Shown here piece after piece: positions 1-8,739 of a stretch of DNA of 64,000 nucleotides. Under the pieces are notes generated by a model that searched no databases, had not been told where the DNA came from, and saw nothing but the letters and a program-made list of their open reading frames with translations. This DNA is from Bryobacterales bacterium. GTDB taxonomy: Bacteria > Acidobacteriota > Terriglobia > Bryobacterales > UBA6623. How positions within the stretch are numbered: position 1 is the first letter of the stretch; the number at the start of each line of letters is the position of its first letter. Location of the stretch: the NCBI GenBank assembly GCA_965263255.1, contig CBDHHA010000008.1, positions 3,461,987 through 3,525,986 on the forward strand. Reading direction: 5' to 3'. The position numbers and the translations under genes are program-made.

Positions 1-51
1 TCTCTCCGGCGCTGTGGCATACTCAGGGTGCGAGGGAAGCCGACCCTGGTC

Positions 52-1803
52 ATGCGCATTCCGCCGCTGCTGCCAGTCCTTCTGTCGGCCCTGATTCCCG
101 CATCGCTGCTCTCGCAGGGCGTTGCCAGCCCGAACGCTCGGCCCGTGAAGGCGCTGGACGCTTCGGGGCTCCCGTGGAATGCCAAGTTCGCCGATGTTGC
201 GGAGGAGGCCGGACTCGATCTTGTATTCACCTACGGCGGCAAGGACGAGAAGCGCTACATCATCGAGTCCAACGGTGCAGGCACGGCTCTCCTCGACTAC
301 GATGGCGACTCCAGGCTAGATGCCTTCTTGGTCAACGGCTCGACGCTGGAGGGTTTCGGGGACGGAGCAGCCCCAACGAACCGCCTGTACCGGAATACTG
401 GCGACGGCAGCTTCGAGGACACCACGCGGCAGAGCGGGCTCGGCCGATCCGGATGGGGCAGCGCAGTGTGCGCGGGCGACTTCGACAACGACGGCAACGT
501 AGACCTGTTTGTCGCCTATTGGGGCGAGGACGCGCTGTTTCGGAACAACGGGGACGGAACGTTCGAGGAGTCCGCGGCAGCGGCAGGAGTCGCCGGAGCC
601 GCGGATCAGTGGAGTTCCGGCTGCACCTTCGTGGACTACGACAGGGACGGGCTGCTTGACCTGCTTGTAACTCAGTACCAGCAGTTCGATCCGGAAACAG
701 CTCCCCCGCCCGGGAAGACGTCGAATTGCGAATGGAAGGGGATGCCGGTGTACTGCGGCCCGCGCGGCCTTCCGTTCGGCGGCGTGACGCTGTACCGGAA
801 CCTAGGGAACGGGTCGTTCGAGGACGCGAGCGAGACGGCGGGCGTGCGGGACGTGCGCGACTACTACGCATTCACTGCGGTAGCCGCGGACTTCGACGGG
901 GATGGCTGGCAGGACATCTACATCGCCTGCGACTCCACTCCAAGCATCCTGTTCGTCAACAACGGCGACGGGACGTTCACTGACTACGCCACGGAGACCG
1001 GTGTCGCGTTCAACGAGCACGGCTTCGAGCAGGGTGGCATGGGAGTCGGGGTCGGCGACTTCGACGGGGATGGCTGGCTGGACCTGGTGAAGACCAACTT
1101 CGCGGACGACTACCCGAATCTGTACCGGAACAACGACGGAGTGTTCTTCGAAGACATCTGCGTGCGAGCGGGGCTGGCCTCGAACCCTCAGTACGTGGGG
1201 TGGGGCGTGGACTTCGTGGACCTCGACAACGACGGCTGGCAGGATATCTTCCAAGTCAACGGTCACGTCTACCCGAAACTGGACCGCCAGCTCAAGGTGA
1301 CGGAAACGTACGTGCAGTCGAACCTCGTCTATCGCAACCTGAACGGGGAGCGATTCGAAGACGTGACGGCACTGGCCGGCGAGGCTCTGCTCCAGATCCG
1401 GTCCAGCCGAGGCGCGGCATTCGGGGACTACGACGGGGACGGCGACATCGATGTCCTGGTCATGAACATGGCGGACAGGGTCTCCCTGTTACGCAACGAC
1501 CTCCCTGGCGGGAGCAACTGGGTCCGCCTAACACTCCAAGGCACCGAATCGAACCGGGCGGCCATAGGCTCGACGGTGACCGTGCAGGCTTCCGGGAGGC
1601 GCCAGACAAGGGCCGTGGTGAGCCAGTCGAGCTACGTGTCCCACAGTGACTTGCGGGTCCACTTCGGCCTAGGCGATGCGGAGGGCGTCGACGCGATCTC
1701 CGTCCGCTGGCCGAGCGGCAAGGAAGAGGAGTTCCCGGGGGCCTCCGGCGGCCAGGGCTGGCTCCTAGTTGAGGGCTCGGGCAAGGTTGCGGCAATCCCG
1801 TGA
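52..1803 (+). CDS. CRTAC1-family secreted protein (FG-GAP/VCBS repeats + ASPIC/UnbV C-terminal domain)
   Basis: The ORF is 28..1803 with GTG at 28. ATG at 52 gives a signal-peptide-like start, MRIPPLLPVLLSALIPASLL. It has repeated Ca-binding FG-GAP/VCBS loops (DYDGDSRLD, DFDNDGNVD, DYDRDGLLD, DFDGDGWQD, DFDGDGWLD, DLDNDGWQD, DYDGDGDID). The C-terminus 'WVRLTLQGTESNRAAIGSTVTV...SYVSHSDLRVHFGLG' is typical of ASPIC/UnbV. Confidence 0.85.
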   Translation: MRIPPLLPVLLSALIPASLLSQGVASPNARPVKALDASGLPWNAKFADVAEEAGLDLVFTYGGKDEKRYIIESNGAGTALLDYDGDSRLDAFLVNGSTLEGFGDGAAPTNRLYRNTGDGSFEDTTRQSGLGRSGWGSAVCAGDFDNDGNVDLFVAYWGEDALFRNNGDGTFEESAAAAGVAGAADQWSSGCTFVDYDRDGLLDLLVTQYQQFDPETAPPPGKTSNCEWKGMPVYCGPRGLPFGGVTLYRNLGNGSFEDASETAGVRDVRDYYAFTAVAADFDGDGWQDIYIACDSTPSILFVNNGDGTFTDYATETGVAFNEHGFEQGGMGVGVGDFDGDGWLDLVKTNFADDYPNLYRNNDGVFFEDICVRAGLASNPQYVGWGVDFVDLDNDGWQDIFQVNGHVYPKLDRQLKVTETYVQSNLVYRNLNGERFEDVTALAGEALLQIRSSRGAAFGDYDGDGDIDVLVMNMADRVSLLRNDLPGGSNWVRLTLQGTESNRAAIGSTVTVQASGRRQTRAVVSQSSYVSHSDLRVHFGLGDAEGVDAISVRWPSGKEEEFPGASGGQGWLLVEGSGKVAAIP

Positions 1804-1814
1804 GTTCCGGGCGG

Positions 1815-2870
1815 ATGCGGCATATGGCGTTTGGAATTGCCCGTGCCGCGGCGATCGCGGCGTGCCTATGGCTGCCGGCAATGCTCCCGGGCCAGGGAGC
1901 GGAGGATGCCGCCGCTCTCACGGACAGCGGCCTTGAACTCGCCCAGCAAGGGCAGGTTTCGGCGGCAGCCGAACTCTGGAGGAAGGCGCTCGCTATCTCC
2001 CCGGAGTACTTCCCGGCGCTGTTCAACCTGGGCTACATGCATTTCTCGTCCGGGCAGTTGGGCGAAGCCGAGCCGCTGCTTGCACGAGCCGCTTCGGCAT
2101 CGCCGAACGACTTCAACGCGCACTACCTGCTTGGCGTCGTCCGCCAGAAGCGTGGCCGGGGCCAGGAGGCGTTGCAGGCATGGCGGCGCGCGCTGCAGAT
2201 TCAGCCCGGCCGCGTCCAGCTGATGCAGGTGATGGCGGTCGAGTACGGGAAGGGAAGGTTCCACCGCGAAGCGGCGGACGTGGCAACGCGCGCCCTGCGA
2301 CTGAGGCCGGACCAGGAGGATCTCCACTACATGGCGATCCATGCCTGCAGGGAGGCCGGGGACCTGCGGGCGGGCCTGAGGATTGCGTCAGATACAATTC
2401 GCCGATTCCCGGATTCGGCGCGAGCCAATTTCGAACACGCCTGGCACCTGCAAAAGGACGGCCGCTTCGAGGAGGCACTGCCGCTGTTGCGCAGGGCCGC
2501 GGAGCTGGACCCCGAATACGAGGAACCCCATTTCTTCTACGGGGACTGGTTGGTCAAGCAGGCCAGCTACGAGGAAGCTATCGCGCCACTGCAGAAAGCG
2601 ATCGACCTGCGAAGCGATTACATGCCCGCGCGCATTGCCCTTGCGCGCGCGCTAATGGGCCTGAGGAAATGGCCGGAAGCCGTTACGGCCTTAGAGGAGG
2701 CCGTGCGAATCGAACCCCGGCACCCCCAGCCTCACCTGATGCTGTCACAGGTCTACTTTCGACTTCGTGATCGCGAGAAGGCGCGTCAAGCGAAGGAACT
2801 CTCGCTGAAGCTGCGCAGGCAGAACCCCGCGTTCCTGGAGGCCGTGCAGTCCCGCCCGTTCCCGGAGTAG
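1815..2870 (+). CDS. TPR-repeat protein with N-terminal signal/anchor
   Basis: ORF 1800..2870. The GTG at 1800 overlaps the upstream stop, and ATG at 1815 gives MRHMAFGIARAAAIAACLWLPAML. It has multiple 34-aa TPR-like units (AxxxWxxALxxxPxxxxAxxNLG/YxxxG patterns). It probably forms an operon with the CRTAC1 gene. Confidence 0.8.
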   Translation: MRHMAFGIARAAAIAACLWLPAMLPGQGAEDAAALTDSGLELAQQGQVSAAAELWRKALAISPEYFPALFNLGYMHFSSGQLGEAEPLLARAASASPNDFNAHYLLGVVRQKRGRGQEALQAWRRALQIQPGRVQLMQVMAVEYGKGRFHREAADVATRALRLRPDQEDLHYMAIHACREAGDLRAGLRIASDTIRRFPDSARANFEHAWHLQKDGRFEEALPLLRRAAELDPEYEEPHFFYGDWLVKQASYEEAIAPLQKAIDLRSDYMPARIALARALMGLRKWPEAVTALEEAVRIEPRHPQPHLMLSQVYFRLRDREKARQAKELSLKLRRQNPAFLEAVQSRPFPE

Positions 2871-2982
2871 CGACCGAACAGCCGTCTTGGCCTATTCCGG
2901 CCAGGCGCGTACGGGTGAGAGGCGTCGCCCCGGCAGGATAGAAGCCTTGTGGCCGGCGGTCAGAGCGGGTGGGAACCGGGTC

Positions 2983-3864
2983 TCAGGCACCGCCGTGCTT
3001 CGCGGCCAGAGTGCGGAGCGTCGCGAGGTGGCGCGGCACCGCCTTGAAAGGATCCTCCTGCGCTTCGTACTCGAGTGCCATGTAGCCGCGATAGCCCGCC
3101 TTGGCGAACATCCCAACGATCCGGTCCCAGTCCGACTCCTCGTGGTTCCCCTCCTCGTCCCGGATGTGCACCTTGAACTGCGAGTTGACTGCGTACGGCA
3201 GGGCCAGCTCGATCTGATTGTACGGATCCGTTCGAAAGTTCCCGGTGTCGAGGTTGATTCCGACGTTGGGATGGTCGACGGCCGTCACGATCTGAATGAT
3301 TCTCTCGGCGCGGGCCGTAATGCCGCCGTGGTTCTCCAGCCCTAGGACCACGCCGCGATCGGCAGCATAGTCTGCTGTCCGCTTGAGGATCTCGGCGACC
3401 CAGGTCGCCGCTTCGTCTTCGGTGCTCCCTTCCGGGACTCGACCCCCAAAGACTCGGATGTGGCTGGAGCCAAGCCGATACGAAACATCGACCCAGTGGC
3501 GCAGCCAGGCAGCCTCCCTCTGCTGCTCGATGGGGCTCTTCCGGCAAAGGTCCGTCCGGATAGCGATGCTCGGGAGGTCAACGGCTGCCAAGTAGGCCTT
3601 CCTGCGGAACTCCGTAAGGAACGATTCCAGATTGTCCTGGGGAAACCAGTACACGGTCGAGTCGAGGCCGTCGACGCCGTTCTCGACCGCCATGTCGACG
3701 AGATCGAGGTAGCTGAGGGACCCGTCGCCGAGCGCCTTCCGGAACGAGTAGGCGCAGATCGCAGTCTTGAGGCGAGGGCCGTCGCCGGCAAGCTTCGGCG
3801 TTCCGGCCTGCAGTGCGGCTGGCAGCAGTGGAAGTGCGGATGTGAATTGGCGCCGTGTAACCAT
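2983..3864 (-). CDS. Sugar phosphate isomerase/epimerase (xylose isomerase-like TIM barrel, AP_endonuc_2 family), Tat-exported
   Basis: The track ORF 2983..4119 is over-extended. The internal ATG at 3864 gives a twin-arginine start, MVTRRQFTSALPLLPAALQAG. The body has the family pattern (IRVFGG..., LGLENHGGI, INLDTGNF, GYRGYMALEYE). Confidence 0.8.
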   Translation of the reverse strand: MVTRRQFTSALPLLPAALQAGTPKLAGDGPRLKTAICAYSFRKALGDGSLSYLDLVDMAVENGVDGLDSTVYWFPQDNLESFLTEFRRKAYLAAVDLPSIAIRTDLCRKSPIEQQREAAWLRHWVDVSYRLGSSHIRVFGGRVPEGSTEDEAATWVAEILKRTADYAADRGVVLGLENHGGITARAERIIQIVTAVDHPNVGINLDTGNFRTDPYNQIELALPYAVNSQFKVHIRDEEGNHEESDWDRIVGMFAKAGYRGYMALEYEAQEDPFKAVPRHLATLRTLAAKHGGA

Positions 3865-5010
3865 GGTCGAGATTATACCGGCTCGAACGTGCCCAGGAGT
3901 GATCGTGCAGCCCACGGGGGTACCAAATGCGAGTCCTGGGGCCTCAGATGACTGAACCCACGAGGCGAAGGGTCTGAGTTCTAAGGTTCGCGAGGATGCC
4001 CATGCCAAGGGACAGACGCTGGGTTCTTGATTGGGAGCATCCGGAGCCGATCGGTAAATCAATTTCGTATGCCGGGAATTCTCAGTGGGCATTGACATGC
4101 CGTTTCGGCACCACGCCACAAGGCATTAGCTCCGTCAGCACACGCTCGCAGCGCGATACACGCGGACGAGATCCAAGCGTTGTCGGCCAAAGCTAGCCTG
4201 GACTACGCTTCAGTCACCTCATTCACCGCAAGAATTCGGAGGACATGAAGCATATTCACCGTTCCCTACAACTTTTTTCACGAGCCCCCCTCGAGACTCC
4301 AAATTCCGCGCATGTGACCATTTTGGATTATCGTGTGGTACTCGGAATTGCTGCGAGATGCGGGCCAGCACCGGAGGCTGCGGCCTCACTGGCGCCCATA
4401 TTCGGGGAGCGCTGGAAGGACGGCCTCGGAGTGGCGCCAATCACGGAGCCAGATCCTGTCAGCAACGCTCAGGTAGGGGCCGGTGCGTGTCCACGTCTGC
4501 CGCGAGATTAGTGCCGTGCGGCGGTCGGGCGGTGGTCCTCTCGACGTGCTGTGGGCAAAGACCAGCCGCGGGGATACATTGGCGCTCCCCAACGGCTCCT
4601 TGTACGGGGCATTAGCCGTTCAGAACACAGGACTGGAGATACAAACTAGTCACGCACCTATCCCGGGATCGATCTAGGCCGAGGTGGAATCCGCACAAGT
4701 CCAGGTGAATCAGACAGTTGTGCGAGAGTTGCTTGCGGCAACCACCTGACCATGTTCGGAAATCAGTGACTTGGCGACAGCCCAATGTCGGGTACTTCAG
4801 CAATGCACTGGACTCAGTTGCTGGTCTACAACGAGAAGCGACCAGCTGTCGTGCAAGCCTGCCATCACAGTTACAATTGAGAATGATGTCGTTAATCACC
4901 CTGTACCATCGAACAGCCAGTTCCGAATCATGGCGTGGAGTACCGTTCGACCGCTCGAGAATCGACTTGGGACGCCATGAGAAGGACGGCTGGGTCGACT
5001 CGCGTGAGAA

Positions 5011-5437
5011 GATGGGCGAAAAGTACTCCGATTACTTGACGGGGAAGCTACCGGGCATAGACGAGTTGCACCCCAAGGGCCAACTCAGAGACCCAATCTG
5101 GAATTCTATTGCATCCTGTCAATCAGTTCTCGGCGGACATGTATTTGCCTCACCAAGGACCGACGGCAAATATTTCATTACAACCGAGGCGCGTGATATG
5201 CTCGCTAATCCTGATTCGTATACTGAGCCATTTCGTGCATGTCTCACCGCGTGGATGCTTGAACAACGAAGACTCGGTCAGTCAATTCCCAACGTCGACA
5301 AGGACATCATCCAGCAGATTCAGGATACTCACCGTTCAGAAAGGATTCAACAGCGGGCTGATCGTCTCCTCCAATTCATTGCATCCCTTTCCCAAGACTT
5401 CGAAAGGCCGTTATCATGCACCTTCCTGCGACCATGA
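5011..5437 (+). CDS. Hypothetical protein (islet gene A, partner or N-terminal part of the NDT/TIR-like protein)
   Basis: The frame is open from 4718. The first plausible ATG is at 5011 (MGEKYSDYLTG...). Its stop TGA (5435-5437) overlaps the ATG (5434-5436) of the next ORF as ATGA. The C-terminal 'CLTAWMLEQRRLGQSIPNVDKDIIQQIQ...RADRLLQFIASLSQ' reads like a helical adaptor region. I recognise no family. The start is uncertain. Confidence 0.4.
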
Positions 5438-6066
5438 TGCGAGCAATGGCGTGGTCACACTCGACAAATCCAATACACGTCACACAGCTCAGGAATCACT
5501 TGGCCGAACGTGGCTGGTTACAGTTCACGCACGACAAGGAATCCAGCGACACTAGTCTCTATGGTCAAGTACATCGTGAGTTCTTAATCACCGTAGACGG
5601 CTGGACACGACTCGAGGAAATTGAGAGTTCGGTCCCGGCACCGTCGACTCAAGCATTTGTCGCAATGTGGTTCGATACTGAGCTGGAAGACGCATGGGAC
5701 AACGGGATTCGGAAGGGAATCGAAGATGCCGGATACACCCCTGTACGTATCGATGAGAAGGAGCACAACGACAAAATCTGTGACCTAATAATTGCCGAGA
5801 TCCGCCGTTCGCGGTTCGTTGTGGCTGATTTTACTCATGGCGACACCGGAGCACGGGGAGGGGTGTACTTTGAAGCAGGCTTCGCAGGCGGTCTCGGCTT
5901 GGACGTAATTTACACCTGTCGACAAGACCAGAAGGATAAGATCCACTTTGACACGCGACAGTACAATCACATTCTATGGAGAGACAGTACAGATCTAAGG
6001 GAGAAGCTTTCAAATCGAATCTGCGCGACAATTGGAGAAGGCCCAATAGAGCACGGGCAGAGATAG
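5434..6066 (+). CDS. wHTH-like N-terminus + NDT/TIR-like (nucleoside 2-deoxyribosyltransferase-like Rossmannoid) domain protein
   Basis: The track ORF is 5416..6066, and ATG at 5434 is coupled to the upstream stop by ATGA. The N-terminal 'LRNHLAERGWLQF...ITVDGWTRLEEIE' is winged-helix-like. The C-terminal 'AFVAMWFDTELEDAWDNGIRKGIEDAGYTPVRID...ICDLIIAEIRRSRFVVADFTHGDTGARGGVYFEAGFAGGLGLDVIY' matches the beta-alpha pattern and conserved Glu motif of NDT/TIR-like domains. Confidence 0.6.
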   Translation: MMRAMAWSHSTNPIHVTQLRNHLAERGWLQFTHDKESSDTSLYGQVHREFLITVDGWTRLEEIESSVPAPSTQAFVAMWFDTELEDAWDNGIRKGIEDAGYTPVRIDEKEHNDKICDLIIAEIRRSRFVVADFTHGDTGARGGVYFEAGFAGGLGLDVIYTCRQDQKDKIHFDTRQYNHILWRDSTDLREKLSNRICATIGEGPIEHGQR

Positions 6067-6217
6067 CGTCAATTAGTTGGCAAGCGTGCAACTACGTTGC
6101 TCCCTACGTTCGTCAATGGATTGTGTTTGATCTCTCTCATACACTTGCCCAATCGAGTTGAGATTTGGAGCCGAGGCGAAGAGCGCCAAATGCTGGCAAT
6201 TTGAATGTGACCGACGA

Positions 6218-6253
6218 ACGGCCCGTCTGCCACGATCCCGGCAGACGGGCCGT
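6218..6253 (+). terminator. Perfect 14-bp GC-rich hairpin at the islet boundary (terminator-like, no U-tract)
   Basis: ACGGCCCGTCTGCC (6218-6231) pairs with GGCAGACGGGCCGT (6240-6253) across an 8-nt loop. It lies about 150 nt after the stop at 6066 and 14 nt before the kinase ATG at 6267. Confidence 0.4.
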
Positions 6254-6266
6254 ATCATGATATGGA

Positions 6267-7172
6267 ATGGACCTGTCGGGCCACCGCAAGCGCTCTGTGA
6301 TCTTCTGGATCGCGCTGGGCATCTGCTTGGTAGGGCTGGCCGTCGCGTTGAATGTCGGTTGGCTGGTCGCCAACTGGCGCAGCGAGGTCGTCCTAGGCCT
6401 TGGAATCGTGGCCGGGCTCCTTCTCATCGCAGGGCTTGTCCTGAACACGGTGTTCCTGGTTCGGGAAATCCGTCGGAACGAAAAGCACGACGAATTCATC
6501 AATGCCGTCACGCACGAGTTGAAGACGCCTGTCGCGTCGATCAAGCTCTATCTCGAAACGCTGCGGTCGAGGGATGTCGAGGAGAATCGCCGGCAGGAGT
6601 TCTTCGACACCATGCTGGCCGACATGGCTCGCCTGGAGGGGACGATCGAGCAAGTTCTCCGCGCCGGCGCCCTAGGCTCCCGGCGCAGGTCTCTGCGCAC
6701 GCAGCTCGACCTCCGGGAACTGGTCGGGGACTGCGTCGACCGGCTCCGGCGCAGCCATGACCTGCCCGAGGGCGTTCTCCGCTTTCGCAATCGGATTCCC
6801 GAGGGCGAGCCCGCTCTCGTGATGGGCAATGGCGAGGAGTTGCGAGCGGCGGTGTCGAATCTGATCGACAATGCCGTCAAGTATTCCGGCGACCACGCCC
6901 AGGTCTGGATCGAGGTCGCCAGGCGCGGGGCAGAGACGGTCTCGGTCAGCGTCCGAGACAACGGCATCGGAATCGCTCCTGACGAGCTCAAGCGAGTGTT
7001 CCGGCGCTTCTACAGGACGCCCGGAACGATGCGGTCAAAGGGCACGGGGCTCGGTCTCTACATCGTGCGGACCGTCGCAAGCAAGCACGGCGGGAGAGTT
7101 TTCGGGCACAGCGAGGGGAAGGGCCGCGGAAGCACGTTCACCATCGAGCTGCCGCTGCTGGCGACGGCATGA
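6267..7172 (+). CDS. Sensor histidine kinase (two TM helices, minimal extracytoplasmic loop)
   Basis: HisKA H-box 'FINAVTHELKTPVASI'. HATPase_c N-box 'NLIDNAVKYSG', 'DNGIGI' and 'GTGLGLYIV'. There are two N-terminal hydrophobic helices separated by only a few residues. Confidence 0.9.
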   Translation: MDLSGHRKRSVIFWIALGICLVGLAVALNVGWLVANWRSEVVLGLGIVAGLLLIAGLVLNTVFLVREIRRNEKHDEFINAVTHELKTPVASIKLYLETLRSRDVEENRRQEFFDTMLADMARLEGTIEQVLRAGALGSRRRSLRTQLDLRELVGDCVDRLRRSHDLPEGVLRFRNRIPEGEPALVMGNGEELRAAVSNLIDNAVKYSGDHAQVWIEVARRGAETVSVSVRDNGIGIAPDELKRVFRRFYRTPGTMRSKGTGLGLYIVRTVASKHGGRVFGHSEGKGRGSTFTIELPLLATA

Positions 7173-7930
7173 AGCGGGTGCTGATCGTCGAGGACGAAAC
7201 CCACCTCGCCAAAGGTCTCCAGTTCAACCTAGAAGCGGAGGGCTTCGCTACGCGGATCGCGGAGACGGGCGAGGAGGCCTTGCGGACGGTCCAGGACAGC
7301 CCGGCCTTCGACGCCCTGCTGGTAGACGTCATGCTGCCTGGCATGGATGGCTTCGAGGTCGTGCGCAAACTCCGATCACAGGGATGCTACGTGCCTGTGA
7401 TGATGCTCACGGCCAGGAAGAGACCCGGCGACATCGTCGAGGGACTGTCGGCCGGGGCGGACGACTACGTCCCAAAGCCGTTCGAGCTGGCGGTCTTGCT
7501 GGCCCGTATCCGCGGCCTTTTAAGGCGCCATCGCTGGAGCTCGAGGGAGCAGGACCCTCCGGTACCCGACACCTACGAGTTCAACGGCCGGACGGTGGAT
7601 TTTTCCAAGCAGCAGCTGCTGGTCGGCGGCGAGGTCCGTGACCTGACCCTGATGGAAGCCAAGCTCTTGCACCACCTGGTCGCGAACGAGGGTCGGAACG
7701 TGTCCCGCAAGAGCCTTCTGGAAGACGTGTGGGGAGTCAGGGAGGACACCGACACCCGGGCGATCGATAACTTCATCGTACGGCTGCGCCGATCGATTGA
7801 GCCGGATCCCGGCAAGCCCCGGCACCTCCTCACCGTTCGTGGCGTCGGATACCGGTTCGTCGCCGAGCCCGAGCCCGGGCTCAGTCGTCGTCTGTCGGGA
7901 GCGGCAGCGAGGCGGTTTCGCCGTCCGTGA
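7169..7930 (+). CDS. OmpR/PhoB-family response regulator
   Basis: Its start overlaps the kinase stop as ATGA. The receiver domain has 'VLIVEDE...DALLVDVMLPGMDG...MLTA...YVPKPF'. The winged-helix output domain has 'LTLMEAKLLHHL...VRLRRSIE...TVRGVGYRF'. Confidence 0.9.
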   Translation: MKRVLIVEDETHLAKGLQFNLEAEGFATRIAETGEEALRTVQDSPAFDALLVDVMLPGMDGFEVVRKLRSQGCYVPVMMLTARKRPGDIVEGLSAGADDYVPKPFELAVLLARIRGLLRRHRWSSREQDPPVPDTYEFNGRTVDFSKQQLLVGGEVRDLTLMEAKLLHHLVANEGRNVSRKSLLEDVWGVREDTDTRAIDNFIVRLRRSIEPDPGKPRHLLTVRGVGYRFVAEPEPGLSRRLSGAAARRFRRP

Positions 7931-8714
7931 TCCCAACCGCCCAGCGGAACGCCTCCAGCCACATCTGCTGGATCCCCGGATCGTCCCAGACGGAGTTGCG
8001 GTGACCCAGGACAGTTGAGAAGACCCGTCCCTTGCCGAAATCGCGGACCCAGGCCATGGCGAAATCCCTGTCCGCCCGCTGGACGCCGTCCTTCGTCAGG
8101 TCCACGCTCGCGGGATCCAAGCTGAGCAGCACGCGCACCTTGTCCCGGGAATAACGGTTCAGCTGGTAGATCTCGTCGGTGATCTCGAACGATGCCGGGA
8201 AGTGCCGGCTGATCGGGTGTGTCCGGTCGTCGACACGGACGCGGACCTTCTGGTGCCAAGGATGGTTGACGAAGGCCCCTCCAACCATGTCAATGTACTC
8301 GGGCCAGGTCTCGCGGAACGAGTCCGTGCCGCTGTGAGCGACTAGGATCGCCTTGCCGTCCTCCTTGACGAACCGCATCAGATCCGCCTTCTGCTCGGCA
8401 CCGAGCTCCAAGTCACCCTGCGTGTAGAACATCACCGCATCGAAGTAATCGAGGTTCTTGCGGTTGCCCCGCAGCTTCTGCTTGGTGACCAACTCCATGT
8501 CTGTCCGGAACCGCACGTCGAACAGTCCCGAACTCTCGCCGATCTTGGCCATGGTGAACATGGCGTGCGACACCGAGTCGTGGGCGAAGAAGTCGGATCC
8601 TCCTAGGAACAGCAGGTGCTTCCTTTCGTCTTGCTGTGCACTAGCAACCGTGGAGCTGGCGACAAGCAGGGCAGCGGCGACAAACGCAGTCTGGGCAATC
8701 TTCCCGAGTCTCAT
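7881..8714 (-). CDS. ThuA-domain (trehalose-utilisation-like) secreted protein
   Basis: It has a signal peptide, MRLGKIAQTAFVAAALLVASSTVASA. The ThuA-like pattern is 'FDAVMFYTQGDL...ILVAHSGTDSF...WPEY..MVGG.F..HPW...V.V.D..HPI....P..F.I.DE.Y...FAMAWVRDFGKGRVFSTVLGH'. Confidence 0.8.
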   Translation of the reverse strand: MRLGKIAQTAFVAAALLVASSTVASAQQDERKHLLFLGGSDFFAHDSVSHAMFTMAKIGESSGLFDVRFRTDMELVTKQKLRGNRKNLDYFDAVMFYTQGDLELGAEQKADLMRFVKEDGKAILVAHSGTDSFRETWPEYIDMVGGAFVNHPWHQKVRVRVDDRTHPISRHFPASFEITDEIYQLNRYSRDKVRVLLSLDPASVDLTKDGVQRADRDFAMAWVRDFGKGRVFSTVLGHRNSVWDDPGIQQMWLEAFRWAVGITDGETASLPLPTDDD

Positions 8715-8739
8715 GGGAACAAGTCTCGCACAGCCGGCC

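Larger units (their letters stand above)
4600..6160. other. Lower-GC compositional islet (probable horizontally acquired insertion)
   Basis: A hand count of the line starting at 5761 gives 30/60 G+C. The line starting at 7261 gives 44/60. Codon third positions here are mixed, whereas flanking genes are dominated by G/C endings. The islet sits between a core isomerase gene and a two-component system. Confidence 0.6.
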
